This document shows, piece by piece, positions 1-11,174 of a stretch of 36,263 nucleotides of DNA; the stretch's first letter is position 1; the number at the start of each line of letters is the position of its first letter. Source of the stretch: Octopus bimaculoides (Eukaryota). The DNA lies in contig NC_068989.1 in assembly GCF_001194135.2 (NCBI RefSeq), forward strand, positions 22,307,691-22,343,953, given 5' to 3'. The position numbers and the translations under genes are program-made. A model generated the notes under the pieces. It saw only the letters and a list, made by a program, of their open reading frames with translations, was not told where the DNA came from and searched no databases.

Positions 1-299
1 TATCTGTCTATCTGTCTATCTATTTATCTATCTATCTATCTATCTATATTATCTGTCTACCACCCTACCTACTTATATACTTGTCCGTTCCTTTTTACCT
101 GTCTACCTATCTTCCCATAATTCCTGCCTATCAGTCTATTTGCCAAGCTACCTACCTATATGCTTATCTATTTATCTATTTGCCTTTTTATCAATCTCTC
201 TTCTCTCTCTTTTTCTTTTTAACTTTGTTTCCCTGTCTCTTTATCTCTCTACACCAATTTACCTACAAGTCTATCTCTATACTTATCTACCTACCTACA

Positions 300-339
<40 letters not shown>

Positions 340-370
340 AACCCTTTCTTTCTATCTATCTATCAACCCT
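1..370. repeat. Degenerate (CTAT)n/(CTAC)n tetranucleotide microsatellite tract
   Basis: Runs of ctat/tcta, near-perfect around 295-345; explains the Y/L/S/I-rich ORFs. Confidence 0.9.
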
Positions 371-514
371 TTCTTTCTCTTTCTTCGTCTCTTAAATCCA
401 ATACTTCTAAAGTCTTCTACTCTGTCTTATTCCTTACTCCCTCTCTGTATCTCAGCCTATCCCTCACTCCTCCTTCTCCCTTCTTGCACACACATATATA
501 CATGTAAACATACA

Positions 515-632
515 TATTGTATGTATGTATGTATGTATGTATGTATGTACTATACACATATACACTTGTCTCCCTCTCATTTTCTCTTTTCTCCTACTTC
601 TTTCTGGCACTTTCCAGTTCACTCACTCTCGC

Positions 633-690
<58 letters not shown>
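515..690. repeat. (GTAT)n and (CT)n microsatellites running into an assembly gap
   Basis: Direct reading; N gap starts at 691. Confidence 0.95.
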
Positions 691-1614
691 NNNNNNNNNN
701 NNNNNNNNNNNNNNNNNNNNNNNNNNNNNNNNNNNNNNNNNNNNNNNNNNNNNNNNNNNNNNNNNNNNNNNNNNNNNNNNNNNNNNNNNNNNNNNNNNNN
801 NNNNNNNNNNNNNNNNNNNNNNNNNNNNNNNNNNNNNNNNNNNNNNNNNNNNNNNNNNNNNNNNNNNNNNNNNNNNNNNNNNNNNNNNNNNNNNNNNNNN
901 NNNNNNNNNNNNNNNNNNNNNNNNNNNNNNNNNNNNNNNNNNNNNNNNNNNNNNNNNNNNNNNNNNNNNNNNNNNNNNNNNNNNNNNNNNNNNNNNNNNN
1001 NNNNNNNNNNNNNNNNNNNNNNNNNNNNNNNNNNNNNNNNNNNNNNNNNNNNNNNNNNNNNNNNNNNNNNNNNNNNNNNNNNNNNNNNNNNNNNNNNNNN
1101 NNNNNNNNNNNNNNNNNNNNNNNNNNNNNNNNNNNNNNNNNNNNNNNNNNNNNNNNNNNNNNNNNNNNNNNNNNNNNNNNNNNNNNNNNNNNNNNNNNNN
1201 NNNNNNNNNNNNNNNNNNNNNNNNNNNNNNNNNNNNNNNNNNNNNNNNNNNNNNNNNNNNNNNNNNNNNNNNNNNNNNNNNNNNNNNNNNNNNNNNNNNN
1301 NNNNNNNNNNNNNNNNNNNNNNNNNNNNNNNNNNNNNNNNNNNNNNNNNNNNNNNNNNNNNNNNNNNNNNNNNNNNNNNNNNNNNNNNNNNNNNNNNNNN
1401 NNNNNNNNNNNNNNNNNNNNNNNNNNNNNNNNNNNNNNNNNNNNNNNNNNNNNNNNNNNNNNNNNNNNNNNNNNNNNNNNNNNNNNNNNNNNNNNNNNNN
1501 NNNNNNNNNNNNNNNNNNNNNNNNNNNNNNNNNNNNNNNNNNNNNNNNNNNNNNNNNNNNNNNNNNNNNNNNNNNNNNNNNNNNNNNNNNNNNNNNNNNN
1601 NNNNNNNNNNNNNN

Positions 1615-1670
<56 letters not shown>

Positions 1671-2168
1671 CACACATACATACTTACACATATATGCACT
1701 TAACCACGCTGTAGTGCATCACAATAACACCACACCTTGTTGCAATAAATCACATGCTATTGAACAGAACTTCTCCATGGTCGCACATCCTGTTAGAAAC
1801 ACCAACCACATCGACCTCAAATGTCACGCTCTTCTGTGCTTTAAAAAAGGACGCACAGATTGAATATTTTAACTCACAGGGATTGCCTTTCATCATCGAT
1901 CTGGTCTGTCACACTTCACATGTGATTCAACAACAACAACAACAAAAGATTTACCATTTCACACTGCACGCTCATCATACCAAACATACATACATACATT
2001 GTATGTATGTATACATATACACACATATATATATACGCATACATACACACACACACACACACACATATACTTACATACGTATGTACATACATGCATACAT
2101 GCTCAAATATACGTTTATTCATATATCCGTACATATACACAAACACATTCATACACATAAATATAGAA

Positions 2169-2204
<36 letters not shown>

Positions 2205-2540
2205 NNNNNNNNNNATATATATATACATACATATATATATGTGTATATATATATACACACACACATATATACGTATATATGTACGTATATACATATCTAT
2301 ATATATAAATACATACATACGCATTTTAGCTCACTTAGTAAAGCAGCTTGATGATATTTATAATGTACCAGAGGACAGTTCCATAACTGTGTTCAAAATG
2401 ATCCATCCAGCCATCCATACATATATACATTTTGGCCGCAATACAACCACACACGCACGTACACACACACACACACGCACACATACATACATACATACAT
2501 ACATACATACATACATACATACATACATACATACATACGG
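1615..2540. repeat. Compound (TA)n/(CA)n/(CATA)n microsatellite region with short unique spacers
   Basis: (TA)n at 1615-1662 and 2171-2204, (CATA)n at 2483-2536. Confidence 0.85.
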
Positions 2541-2887
2541 GCGTACACGTAGGCGGAGTTTTGGAATAACTGTTTTTGAAAATCCCAAACATCCTGGGAA
2601 ACGAAAAGGATATTCCTGTTTCATACAACGGAAATTAGAACTATGAAAAAGGAATTTTTTTCCTTTCAGAAATTTACTTTGTTTCAGATTTTCGCCTCGG
2701 TCTATTAATATCTGTTTCCCATACTTTGAGATATGGGACTGCGAAGGGCAATTTTTCCAGGTACATATATATATATTTATATATATATATATATATGTAT
2801 GTAAACACGCCCTCCCCCACTCCGCATACACACTTACATAACAATATAACAATTAGATGTGTATGTACGTATGTACGTAAAAGTGTT

Positions 2888-2937
<50 letters not shown>

Positions 2938-3108
2938 TGTGTGCACATGCAGGTTTTTCAAACTGGATGGAAGAAGTTGGTTATTTAAATAAGACGGGCG
3001 AAAGAATGAATCAGACACCTTTATTACCAGTTCTCCCCTTCTTCCTCCTCCTACTCCTTTAGCCCCTCCCTCTCCTTCTTCCTCCTCTATATTTCCGTTT
3101 GGTAGCAG

Positions 3109-3135
3109 TGAAGAGAGAGTGTTTGAATCTCCGAG
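3109..3135 (+). CDS. Candidate 27-nt (or 30-nt) phase 2-2 microexon, EERVFESP
   Basis: Pyrimidine tract 3062-3100, TAGCAG tandem acceptor 3103-3108, GAG|GTAAG donor at 3136; splice motifs only, no homology. Confidence 0.22.
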
Positions 3136-3181
3136 GTAAGTAGCTAGTTATTCATTATATATGACTTTCTTTTATTACTTT

Positions 3182-3810
3182 TTTCTGGTTCCTAGTCATT
3201 GGACAGTGGCCATGCTGGGGCACCGCCTTGAAATCGATCAAATCAACCCTAGTAAAGTTTGTTTTTCTTTCTTTTTTTTTTTAAAGAAATTCTATTACTT
3301 ATTTTACTTATTCTATCGAAGTCTTTTTTTTAGAACCGCTAAGTAACGAGAACGTAAACAAACCAGTACTGGCTGTGAAGTAGTGAATAAGAAATACATA
3401 GAAACATACATACACATACATACACACATATATATACGCACACGCACGCAAGATAGGCTTCCACACAGTTTCCGTCTACCATGTAAAGTAGTGAATGAGA
3501 AATACATAGAAACATACAAACACATTCATACACACACATATACGCACACGCACGCAAGATAGGCTTCCACACAGTTTCCGTCTACCATATGAAGTAGTGA
3601 ATGAGAAATACATAGAAACATACATACACATTCATACACACACATATACGCACACGCATGCAAGATAGGCTTCCACACAGTTTCCGTCTACCAAACTCAC
3701 AAACTATTATTCAGTAAAAGATGCGGCAGAGGGAATTGAACCTGAAGTTTTGAAGTTACAATTTTTGTGCTGATCCCTTACACTATCCACTACCGCCCAC
3801 TCTTCATTCG
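3182..3810 (-). mobile_element. Diverged SINE-C copy with a triplicated ~105-bp internal segment
   Basis: 3' part (agtcattggacagtggccatgctggggcaccgcc) matches other C copies; B-box-like GGTTCAATTCC on minus near 3732-3742; three internal repeats 3377-3693. Confidence 0.7.
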
Positions 3811-4049
3811 GCTCCGATTCAGTAGATCTACGAATCAATGATACTCTAGCCGTGACCATCACGATTTTTCTTCCTAATTGTGATATAACTTGGATCACAT
3901 TCTCCAACGTATTCCGAGCTGTTTTTGCTTTCTTTTACAAAACTTGTTTTCGTTTTTTTTGTTTTTGTTTTTTTCGGAAGTTGAATGTGATTTGAGGGAA
4001 ATGTGGTTGCTATTCGCGCACCCACACTCTCGCCAGTTAGTGTCGTTGT

Positions 4050-4053
4050 TCTT

Positions 4054-4084
<31 letters not shown>

Positions 4085-4389
4085 CTTTTGTTGTTGTTGT
4101 GTGTGTGTGTGTGTGTGTGTGTCAGAGAGAGACAGAGAGAGAGAAACAGACAGACTGACAGATAGAGGAGAGAGTGAGAGAAACACACAGACAGACAGAC
4201 AGATAGAGGAGAGAGAGAGAGAGAGAGAAACAGACAGACAGACTGACAGATAGAGGAGAGAGGGAGAGAAACACAGACAGACAGACAGATAGAGGAGAGA
4301 GAGAGAGAAACAGACAGACAGACAGACTGACAGATAGAGGAGAGAGAGAGAGAAACAGACAGACAGACTGACAGATAGAGGAGAGAGAG
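4050..4389. repeat. (GTT)n, (GT)n, then a GA/GACA-based minisatellite
   Basis: Six units each containing GATAGAGGA, 4120-4389; ends at gap. Confidence 0.9.
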
Positions 4390-5236
4390 NNNNNNNNNNN
4401 NNNNNNNNNNNNNNNNNNNNNNNNNNNNNNNNNNNNNNNNNNNNNNNNNNNNNNNNNNNNNNNNNNNNNNNNNNNNNNNNNNNNNNNNNNNNNNNNNNNN
4501 NNNNNNNNNNNNNNNNNNNNNNNNNNNNNNNNNNNNNNNNNNNNNNNNNNNNNNNNNNNNNNNNNNNNNNNNNNNNNNNNNNNNNNNNNNNNNNNNNNNN
4601 NNNNNNNNNNNNNNNNNNNNNNNNNNNNNNNNNNNNNNNNNNNNNNNNNNNNNNNNNNNNNNNNNNNNNNNNNNNNNNNNNNNNNNNNNNNNNNNNNNNN
4701 NNNNNNNNNNNNNNNNNNNNNNNNNNNNNNNNNNNNNNNNNNNNNNNNNNNNNNNNNNNNNNNNNNNNNNNNNNNNNNNNNNNNNNNNNNNNNNNNNNNN
4801 NNNNNNNNNNNNNNNNNNNNNNNNNNNNNNNNNNNNNNNNNNNNNNNNNNNNNNNNNNNNNNNNNNNNNNNNNNNNNNNNNNNNNNNNNNNNNNNNNNNN
4901 NNNNNNNNNNNNNNNNNNNNNNNNNNNNNNNNNNNNNNNNNNNNNNNNNNNNNNNNNNNNNNNNNNNNNNNNNNNNNNNNNNNNNNNNNNNNNNNNNNNN
5001 NNNNNNNNNNNNNNNNNNNNNNNNNNNNNNNNNNNNNNNNNNNNNNNNNNNNNNNNNNNNNNNNNNNNNNNNNNNNNNNNNNNNNNNNNNNNNNNNNNNN
5101 NNNNNNNNNNNNNNNNNNNNNNNNNNNNNNNNNNNNNNNNNNNNNNNNNNNNNNNNNNNNNNNNNNNNNNNNNNNNNNNNNNNNNNNNNNNNNNNNNNNN
5201 NNNNNNNNNNNNNNNNNNNNNNNNNNNNNNNNNNNN

Positions 5237-5447
5237 GAATTACAGGCACAACAGAAACAGGAAGTAAGAGTGATAGAAAATTGTGGTGAAAGAGTACAGC
5301 AGGGTTCGCCACCATCCCCTGCCGGAGCCTCGTGGAGCTTTAGGTGTTTTCGCTCAATAAACACTCACAACGCCCGATATGGGAATCGAAACCGCGATCC
5401 TATGACCACGAGCCCACTGCCCTAACCACTGGGCCATTGCGCCTCCA
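5237..5447 (-). mobile_element. SINE-A, 5' half (tail lost in gap)
   Basis: Reverse complement matches the 5' half of the copy at 10786-11174. Confidence 0.9.
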
Positions 5448-5525
5448 CTGTACAAATCTATACACGGACAAAAAAAAAACGGGGTAACAGCTATACACGG
5501 GACCGTCATACTAACAGAATAGAGC

Positions 5526-5661
5526 CAGGGGCAAATCAATGCACTGGGTCCCTATAGTATTTATTGGCAGCAAGCTACAGCAAACATCGGTTAGAACTGA
5601 GCCGTTAGAGCCGTCAGGCCCCTAAGCGACTGCCCCTAAACGACTTCTTAATACGCCAATG
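5526..5661. mobile_element. Possible degenerate PIF/Harbinger-type MITE
   Basis: Weak inverted ends caggggcaaatcaa / ttaatacgccaatg and internal gggtccct/ggcccct motifs. Confidence 0.3.
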
Positions 5662-5924
5662 CTTTAAAATGGCACTGATTCTACGTACGTTTCGACTTTT
5701 TGCGGGGATCATTTATCAACAGCTATTCTTCCTTTTTATCGATCTATACACGTACGGACGAATTGTTTACAAACATCGAAACACAGCGTTGGCTTAAAAA
5801 GCAACAACAAAACTATAGACGTGTTCATTGGTGCATTACGCAGTCAACGAAACGAAACGGTGAACACGCCAGTAATATGTTTACTGTTTCTGTCTCAGTG
5901 GTTATTGTTTTCGTTAATGTTATT

Positions 5925-7100
5925 TCAAAGGCAGCGAGCTAGCAGGATCCTTAAAGCATTGTGTGTGCGTGTGTGTGTGTGGGGGGGTGCTTTGCGGTAT
6001 TCTTCCGGCTCTTTAGATTCTGAGTTCAAATACCGCTGAGGTCAACTTTGTCGTTCATCCCTTTCGGGGGTCGATGAAATAAAATATTATCCAAGTATTG
6101 AACTCGATGGCATCGATTAATCCCCTCTTCATAAAATTGCTGACCATGTGCCTAAATCAGAAACCATTATTATTGTTGTTGTAGATGATGATGATGATTA
6201 TAATTAGACGGTGAGCTGGCACGCCGGACATTTTGCCCATGTTTACATTCTGAGTTTAAAATTCCGCCGAGGTCGATTTTACCTTTTATCCTTTCGGCGT
6301 CGATAAAATAAGTACCAGTTGAGCACTAAGCATTGGGGGTCGAGGTAATCGACTTACTCCCACACCGAATATACTGGCCTGGTGCCAAACTTTGAAGCCA
6401 TTATTATTGTTGTTGTTATTAGGCAGCGAGCCGGCAGAATCGTTAGCACGCTGGACGAAATGCTTGGCGGTATTTCGCTACGTTCTGAGTTCAAATTCCG
6501 CCGAGGTCGACTTTGCCTTTCATCCTTTCGGAGTCGATTAAATAAATACCAGTTACGCACAGGGGTCGATGTAATCGATTTTATCCCTTCCCCCAAATTT
6601 GTGGCCTTGTGCTTCCAGTAGAAAGAATTATTGTTGTTGTTAAGGCGGTGAGCTGGTAGAATCGTTTGTACGTCGGGCAAAATGCTTAGCGGCATTTCGT
6701 CTATCTTTAGGCTTTGAGTTCAAATTCTTCCGCGGCTAACTTTGCCTTCCATCCTCTCGTGGTCGATAAAATAAATACCAGTTAAACACTGGAGTCGATG
6801 TGATCGACCTACCCACTCCACCGAAATTGTTGGCTTTGTGTCAAAATTTGAAATTTGTTGTGGTTATTTCAAAGGTCGTGAGCTGGTAGAATTGTTAGAG
6901 CGTCAGAAAAATACTTCACAATATTTGTTCTGAGTTTTTAGGTTCTGAGTTCAAACTCTTCCCGACGTCAAATTTTTCTTTCATCTCTCTGGGATCGTAA
7001 AAATAAAGTACCAGTCAAATATTGAAGTTGGCGGCATCGACAGATCCCCTCTATTTAAATATGCTATCCTTGTGCCTATAGTAGGAACTATAATTGTTGT
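5925..7100 (+). mobile_element. Head-to-tail stack of five diverged SINE-D copies
   Basis: Heads (ggcggtgagctgg-like) near 5927, 6207, 6421, 6643 and 6874; each has ctgagttcaaatt and a gcctttcatcctttcggggtcgataaaataagtaccag-like core and ends in an (ATT/GTT)n tail. Confidence 0.9.
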
Positions 7101-7242
7101 TTTAATTTATTTCATAGAAATTTGATCAAATCATGATCAATGTTCGGTAGATACAAGAACATTGATCCTAGGGTTGAGGGTTGAAATGGTTGTTTCAACT
7201 CCAATGTTTATCGATGTCGAAGTTTAGTGAGAGGACGATATT

Positions 7243-7346
7243 CTTTTCTACTCTAGGCACATTTTTGATTAGATCGACCCTAGTACGCAACAGGCAAAGT
7301 AGTCCTCGGCGGAATTTGAACTCAGAACGTAAAGGCAGACGAAATA
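7243..7346 (-). mobile_element. 5'-truncated, internally deleted SINE-D with 17-bp TSD
   Basis: TSD agtgagagga(c/t)gatatt at 7226-7242 and 7347-7363. Confidence 0.85.
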
Positions 7347-7594
7347 AGTGAGAGGATGATATTGGGCCTACCCTAATCACGATTTGATCTTATTACGTTG
7401 AGAAGTGAAAGCGTATGACCTGTTGATTATAGTGGATCGTGAGGTGTGATTTAAGGAATAGACGGTGTGTTGTATCCTTGAGTCAGGCACTTCATTTCAC
7501 GTTGTTTCACTCAACCTGAAAATGAGAACCGGTAAAAGATAATCGTCATACCTACACAAATATGCCCTCTACCTCGACTTTTGTTTCTTTGTAA

Positions 7595-7861
7595 CATTCA
7601 GAAAAATGGATATTTGTTTGATAGATATTTTCCACAAAAACGTTTCAGATGGTGTAGGTTCTGATTATATCGGAATTTGTTTAGAAAAGAAAAAAGTTTT
7701 CGGAGGAGAGGGAGAGATTAATCGCACTCAACACTGTCTGAAAAGTATTTGTAGAAAATCTCATTAAAAAGACATTTTTCTGAAAGTTATGAGAATATAT
7801 TATCGACTTATGTGAATTATCCGAAACTTCGCTCCTCACCCACCTAAAATAATTTTTTCAC

Positions 7862-7896
<35 letters not shown>

Positions 7897-7965
7897 GATT
7901 TAATAGCAATCTACACCATCCGAAGAAAATTTCATTAAAAATATTGATTTTTCGAAACGTTTAGA
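7595..7965. mobile_element. Degenerate foldback/MITE-like element with long imperfect inverted arms
   Basis: gatggtgtag (7648-7657) is the reverse complement of ctacaccatc (7911-7920); flanking arms align loosely. Confidence 0.45.
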
Positions 7966-8613
7966 AACCAAGTTGGTGGGTATATACTTGAGAGGTATTC
8001 CAGACAAACAAATAATAATCAGCAAGTGTTAACTTCGTAGGTTTCAACGATCAACAAATACATACAATAGAAGGAACATAGAGTCATGTAAAACACAAAT
8101 ATTGAACGATACATGGTACTTCAAGCAATCTACTGTAAACATATTCACTAGAGTTTACCTGACGCCAATCACATAAACAGAGCGTTTAAAAACCATTCAT
8201 CAAATGCATGCAGGATGTCCAAACACCCCAGTTTTCAAACAATAGTCCCAGTGTTGCTAAAGAATGCTTCGGTGTCGTAATTTGTCCCAGTTTTTAATTT
8301 CCAAAACGAGTTTTCGTAAATACTTTCTAATATTTATGGTCATGAAATTTATGATTTAACTAAGTACACAGCTAATAATTATTTTCACACATAAAAGGCA
8401 TATGACGCGACTACGCACGCGTGATGTGTGAGAAAATATGTATGTGATTCTGTATCTGAGAGTGTGAGTATGTGTCTACCTGTTTATTTGTGTGTGTTTG
8501 TTTGTGTATGTCGGTGTGTGTTCATGTAAATGCGAATGCGTGTATTTGGTTGCGTTTAAAAAGAAATACAATCACCTTAAATGCATGACATCACTATAAA
8601 TATAATTCATTTA

Positions 8614-8750
8614 CTGAGTTCAAATTCACCCGAGGTCAACTTTGCCTTTTATCCTGCGGGGTCGATAAAATAAGTACCAGTTCAGTGCTGAGGTCAATGT
8701 AATCGACTTCCCCCTCCCTGCTGGTCTTGAGCCAAAATCTGAAACAACTA
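8614..8750 (+). mobile_element. SINE-D 3' fragment
   Basis: ctgagttcaaattcacccgaggtcaactttgccttttatcctgcggggtcgataaaataagtaccag. Confidence 0.85.
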
Positions 8751-8994
8751 TATTTATCTAGTTCATCTTAAAATTTATAAAATTGAATACATCAAACGTA
8801 TTTTATACTAAACAGGGTTTTAAACAATTATCATTTTGTTGCGTTTGTCATCGATTACCCAGCACTTCGATATCATTGCCTGTTATTCCCAAATGTTAAC
8901 CATCATTCGTGTACGTTGCACTTTGATAAAGCGCAGTTTGTTTTACTTTGTCCACCAATCTTACTTATATATACAATGTTCGAAAGAAGATCAT

Positions 8995-9480
8995 CACATA
9001 CATACATACATACATACATACAAAATGGTGGCAGCTGGTGAAGGAAATGTTCTCTATGTGGCCTGTGTGTTTTCTGTGCCCTGTTTATCATTTTGTCCAC
9101 GTTTTATTTTGCAACGTCCTGTACCCAGATATGCATCTATATATACATGTAGATGTAGGTATGTACATACATGTACGTATATATGCATATACTCATACAT
9201 TATTTGTATTATTACATACATACATACATACATACATACACACATACATACATACATATCATTGTATTATATTATATTATATATAAATGCATATATATAT
9301 ATATACATACGTACGTACATACATGCATACATTCATACATACATACATACATACATACATGCATACATGCATACATACACACATACACACATAATACATA
9401 CATACACACATACATACATACATACATGTTTGTATGTATGTATGTATGTATATATGTATGTATGTGTGTATATCTGTGTT
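8995..9480. repeat. (CATA)n/(TATG)n microsatellite cluster
   Basis: Direct reading; explains HTYI-type ORFs. Confidence 0.85.
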
Positions 9481-9649
9481 TTTCGTTCCTCTGTGCATTT
9501 AGTATATGTTTTTCAACTTGACTTTCTGTATCTTTTTTCTGTTCGTTTGTTTATTACTATACGTGTTTGACTTCACGTAACGCAACGCACTCCTTATTTT
9601 TGACCCTATACACGCGCGCGCGCATACATATATAAATATAGATACGTAC

Positions 9650-9840
9650 CTTTTATTTTTTACTTACTACAGTCATACGGAGGTCATGCTGGGGCACTGC
9701 TTTGAAGAGTTTAGTCTAACAAATCGACCCTACTACAATTTTTTTATTATTATCAAGACTGGTACTCATCCAATCGGTCTCTTTTTTCCAAGCCACCACT
9801 AAGTTACTAAGACGTAATCAAACCAACACCGGTTCTTTCA
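9650..9840 (-). mobile_element. Degenerate SINE-C 3' fragment
   Basis: gtcatgctggggcactgc...aaatcgaccc...ggtact...atcggtctctttt. Confidence 0.65.
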
Positions 9841-10269
9841 AAATTCCTTTTTTTTTTTTTCGCACGTTCATTTGTATAGGTTTGAAATTGCACTATCTGA
9901 GAGAGCATGCTTCAGTCGAATGATGTAAAACGTTTGAGAAAGAAACTTAACTGTTTCTTGCAATACACAAGTAAATCTAGTACAAAGTCTTTTTGTGGAC
10001 TCTTAAAATATTACTATAGATTCTCAATTTACTATTTTGCTTGCATGGATCCCCCCCCCCCAAATTTTATATGGAGCCCCAGGAATGATATGGGCCCATG
10101 CTGAGAATCCCTAATCTAAATAGTCATACTTGAAACTTCTATGTTCAGAAGTTTTACCTGACTGGATGGACCAAGCTGTTGCATGGAACTAGTCTTCACC
10201 TTATAGTCTTATGTAGACTTAAGCCCCTGCAAGCCGGAAGAAAGCATGCAATAATACTGAAGGAGACGT

Positions 10270-10438
10270 TAGTCGATAAAATCAATCCCAGTACTTGGCT
10301 GGTACTTTATTCTATCGAATTTACAAGGATGAAAAGCAAAGTTGACCTCGATGAGATTTGAACTCAGATTGTAAAATGCTGTAACTAAATACCACAAATG
10401 ATCTTCTTCGACGTTCTAACGGTTCTACCAATCCACAT
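10270..10438 (-). mobile_element. Degenerate SINE-D
   Basis: aaggatgaaaagcaaagttgacctcgatgagatttgaactcaga is the reverse complement of the D core. Confidence 0.8.
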
Positions 10439-10499
10439 TAGCGTAGAAATAGAAAACAACATTAAAAATCAAAGGCTCTTTCAGAGTGATGGATTCATA

Positions 10500-10706
10500 A
10501 GGCACGTTTCTCGTATTCTGTGGCGTATATATTGATGGAACGGCAGTCTGTTGCAGGATTACTCATGTTTTGCCAGCTGAGTGGATTGGAGCAAAGTAAA
10601 ATGAAATGCTTTGCTCAAGAATACAACGCAGCGCCCGTTTCATGAATCGAAACCACAATCTCACGATCAGGAGTTCAACACGCAAGTCACTAAGCCACGC
10701 GCCTCA
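10500..10706 (-). mobile_element. SINE-B (tRNA head, CORE-like domain, alternative tail)
   Basis: Minus strand reads gaggcgcgtggcttagtg...ggtttcgattc...ttgtattcttgagcaaagcatttcattttactttgctccaatccactcagctggcaaaa. Confidence 0.8.
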
Positions 10707-10785
10707 TAATGATCTCTAATTTAGAACTAGCATAATGGTTTCTAATTTATCGTAATTTCTTTGCCTCGAGTTATGCCATGCTGAC

Positions 10786-11174
10786 AGTGGAGGCGCAATG
10801 GCCCAGTGGTTAGGGCAGCGGACTCGCGGTCATAGGATCGCGGTTTCGATTCCCAGACCGGGCGTTGTGAGTGTTTATTGAGCGAAAACACCTAAAGCTC
10901 CACGAGGCTCCGGCAGGGGATGGTGGCGAACCCTGCTGTACTCTCCCACCACAACTTTCTCTCACTCTTACTTCCTGTTTCTGTTGTGCCTGTAATTCAA
11001 AGGGTCAGCCTTGTCACACTGTGTCACGCTGAATATCCCCGAGAACTACGTTAAGGGTACACATGTCTGTAGAGTGCTCAGCCACATGCACGTTAATTTC
11101 ACGAGCAGGCTGTTCCGTTGATCGGATCAACTGGAACCCTCGTCGTCGCAAGCGACGGAGTGCCAACAACAACA
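10786..11174 (+). mobile_element. SINE-A, full length
   Basis: tRNA-like head with A/B boxes, (CAA)n tail, 13-bp TSD atgccatgctgac at 10773-10785 and 11175-11187. Confidence 0.95.

Noticed and set aside
140-1863. Long ORFs (350-520 aa) in the track, also at 3895-5364, 22534-23668 and 34492-35098
   Set aside because: They are open only because they cross N gaps and microsatellites; the one real part is the R4/Dong tail at 23492-23630
3707-3907. 66-aa minus-strand ORF
   Set aside because: Its 3' half is the tRNA-like head of a degenerate SINE-C; no splice or homology support
5925-7100. CRISPR-like or regularly spaced array
   Set aside because: The units are ~200-bp diverged SINE copies without constant repeats and unique spacers, in a eukaryotic context with no cas genes
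8836-9570. 244-aa ORF and similar HTYI/YVCM-rich ORFs
   Set aside because: Translation of (CATA)n/(TATG)n repeats
10788-10860. tRNA-like sequences with A and B boxes
   Set aside because: They continue into SINE bodies with tails and TSDs, so they are SINE heads and not tRNA genes
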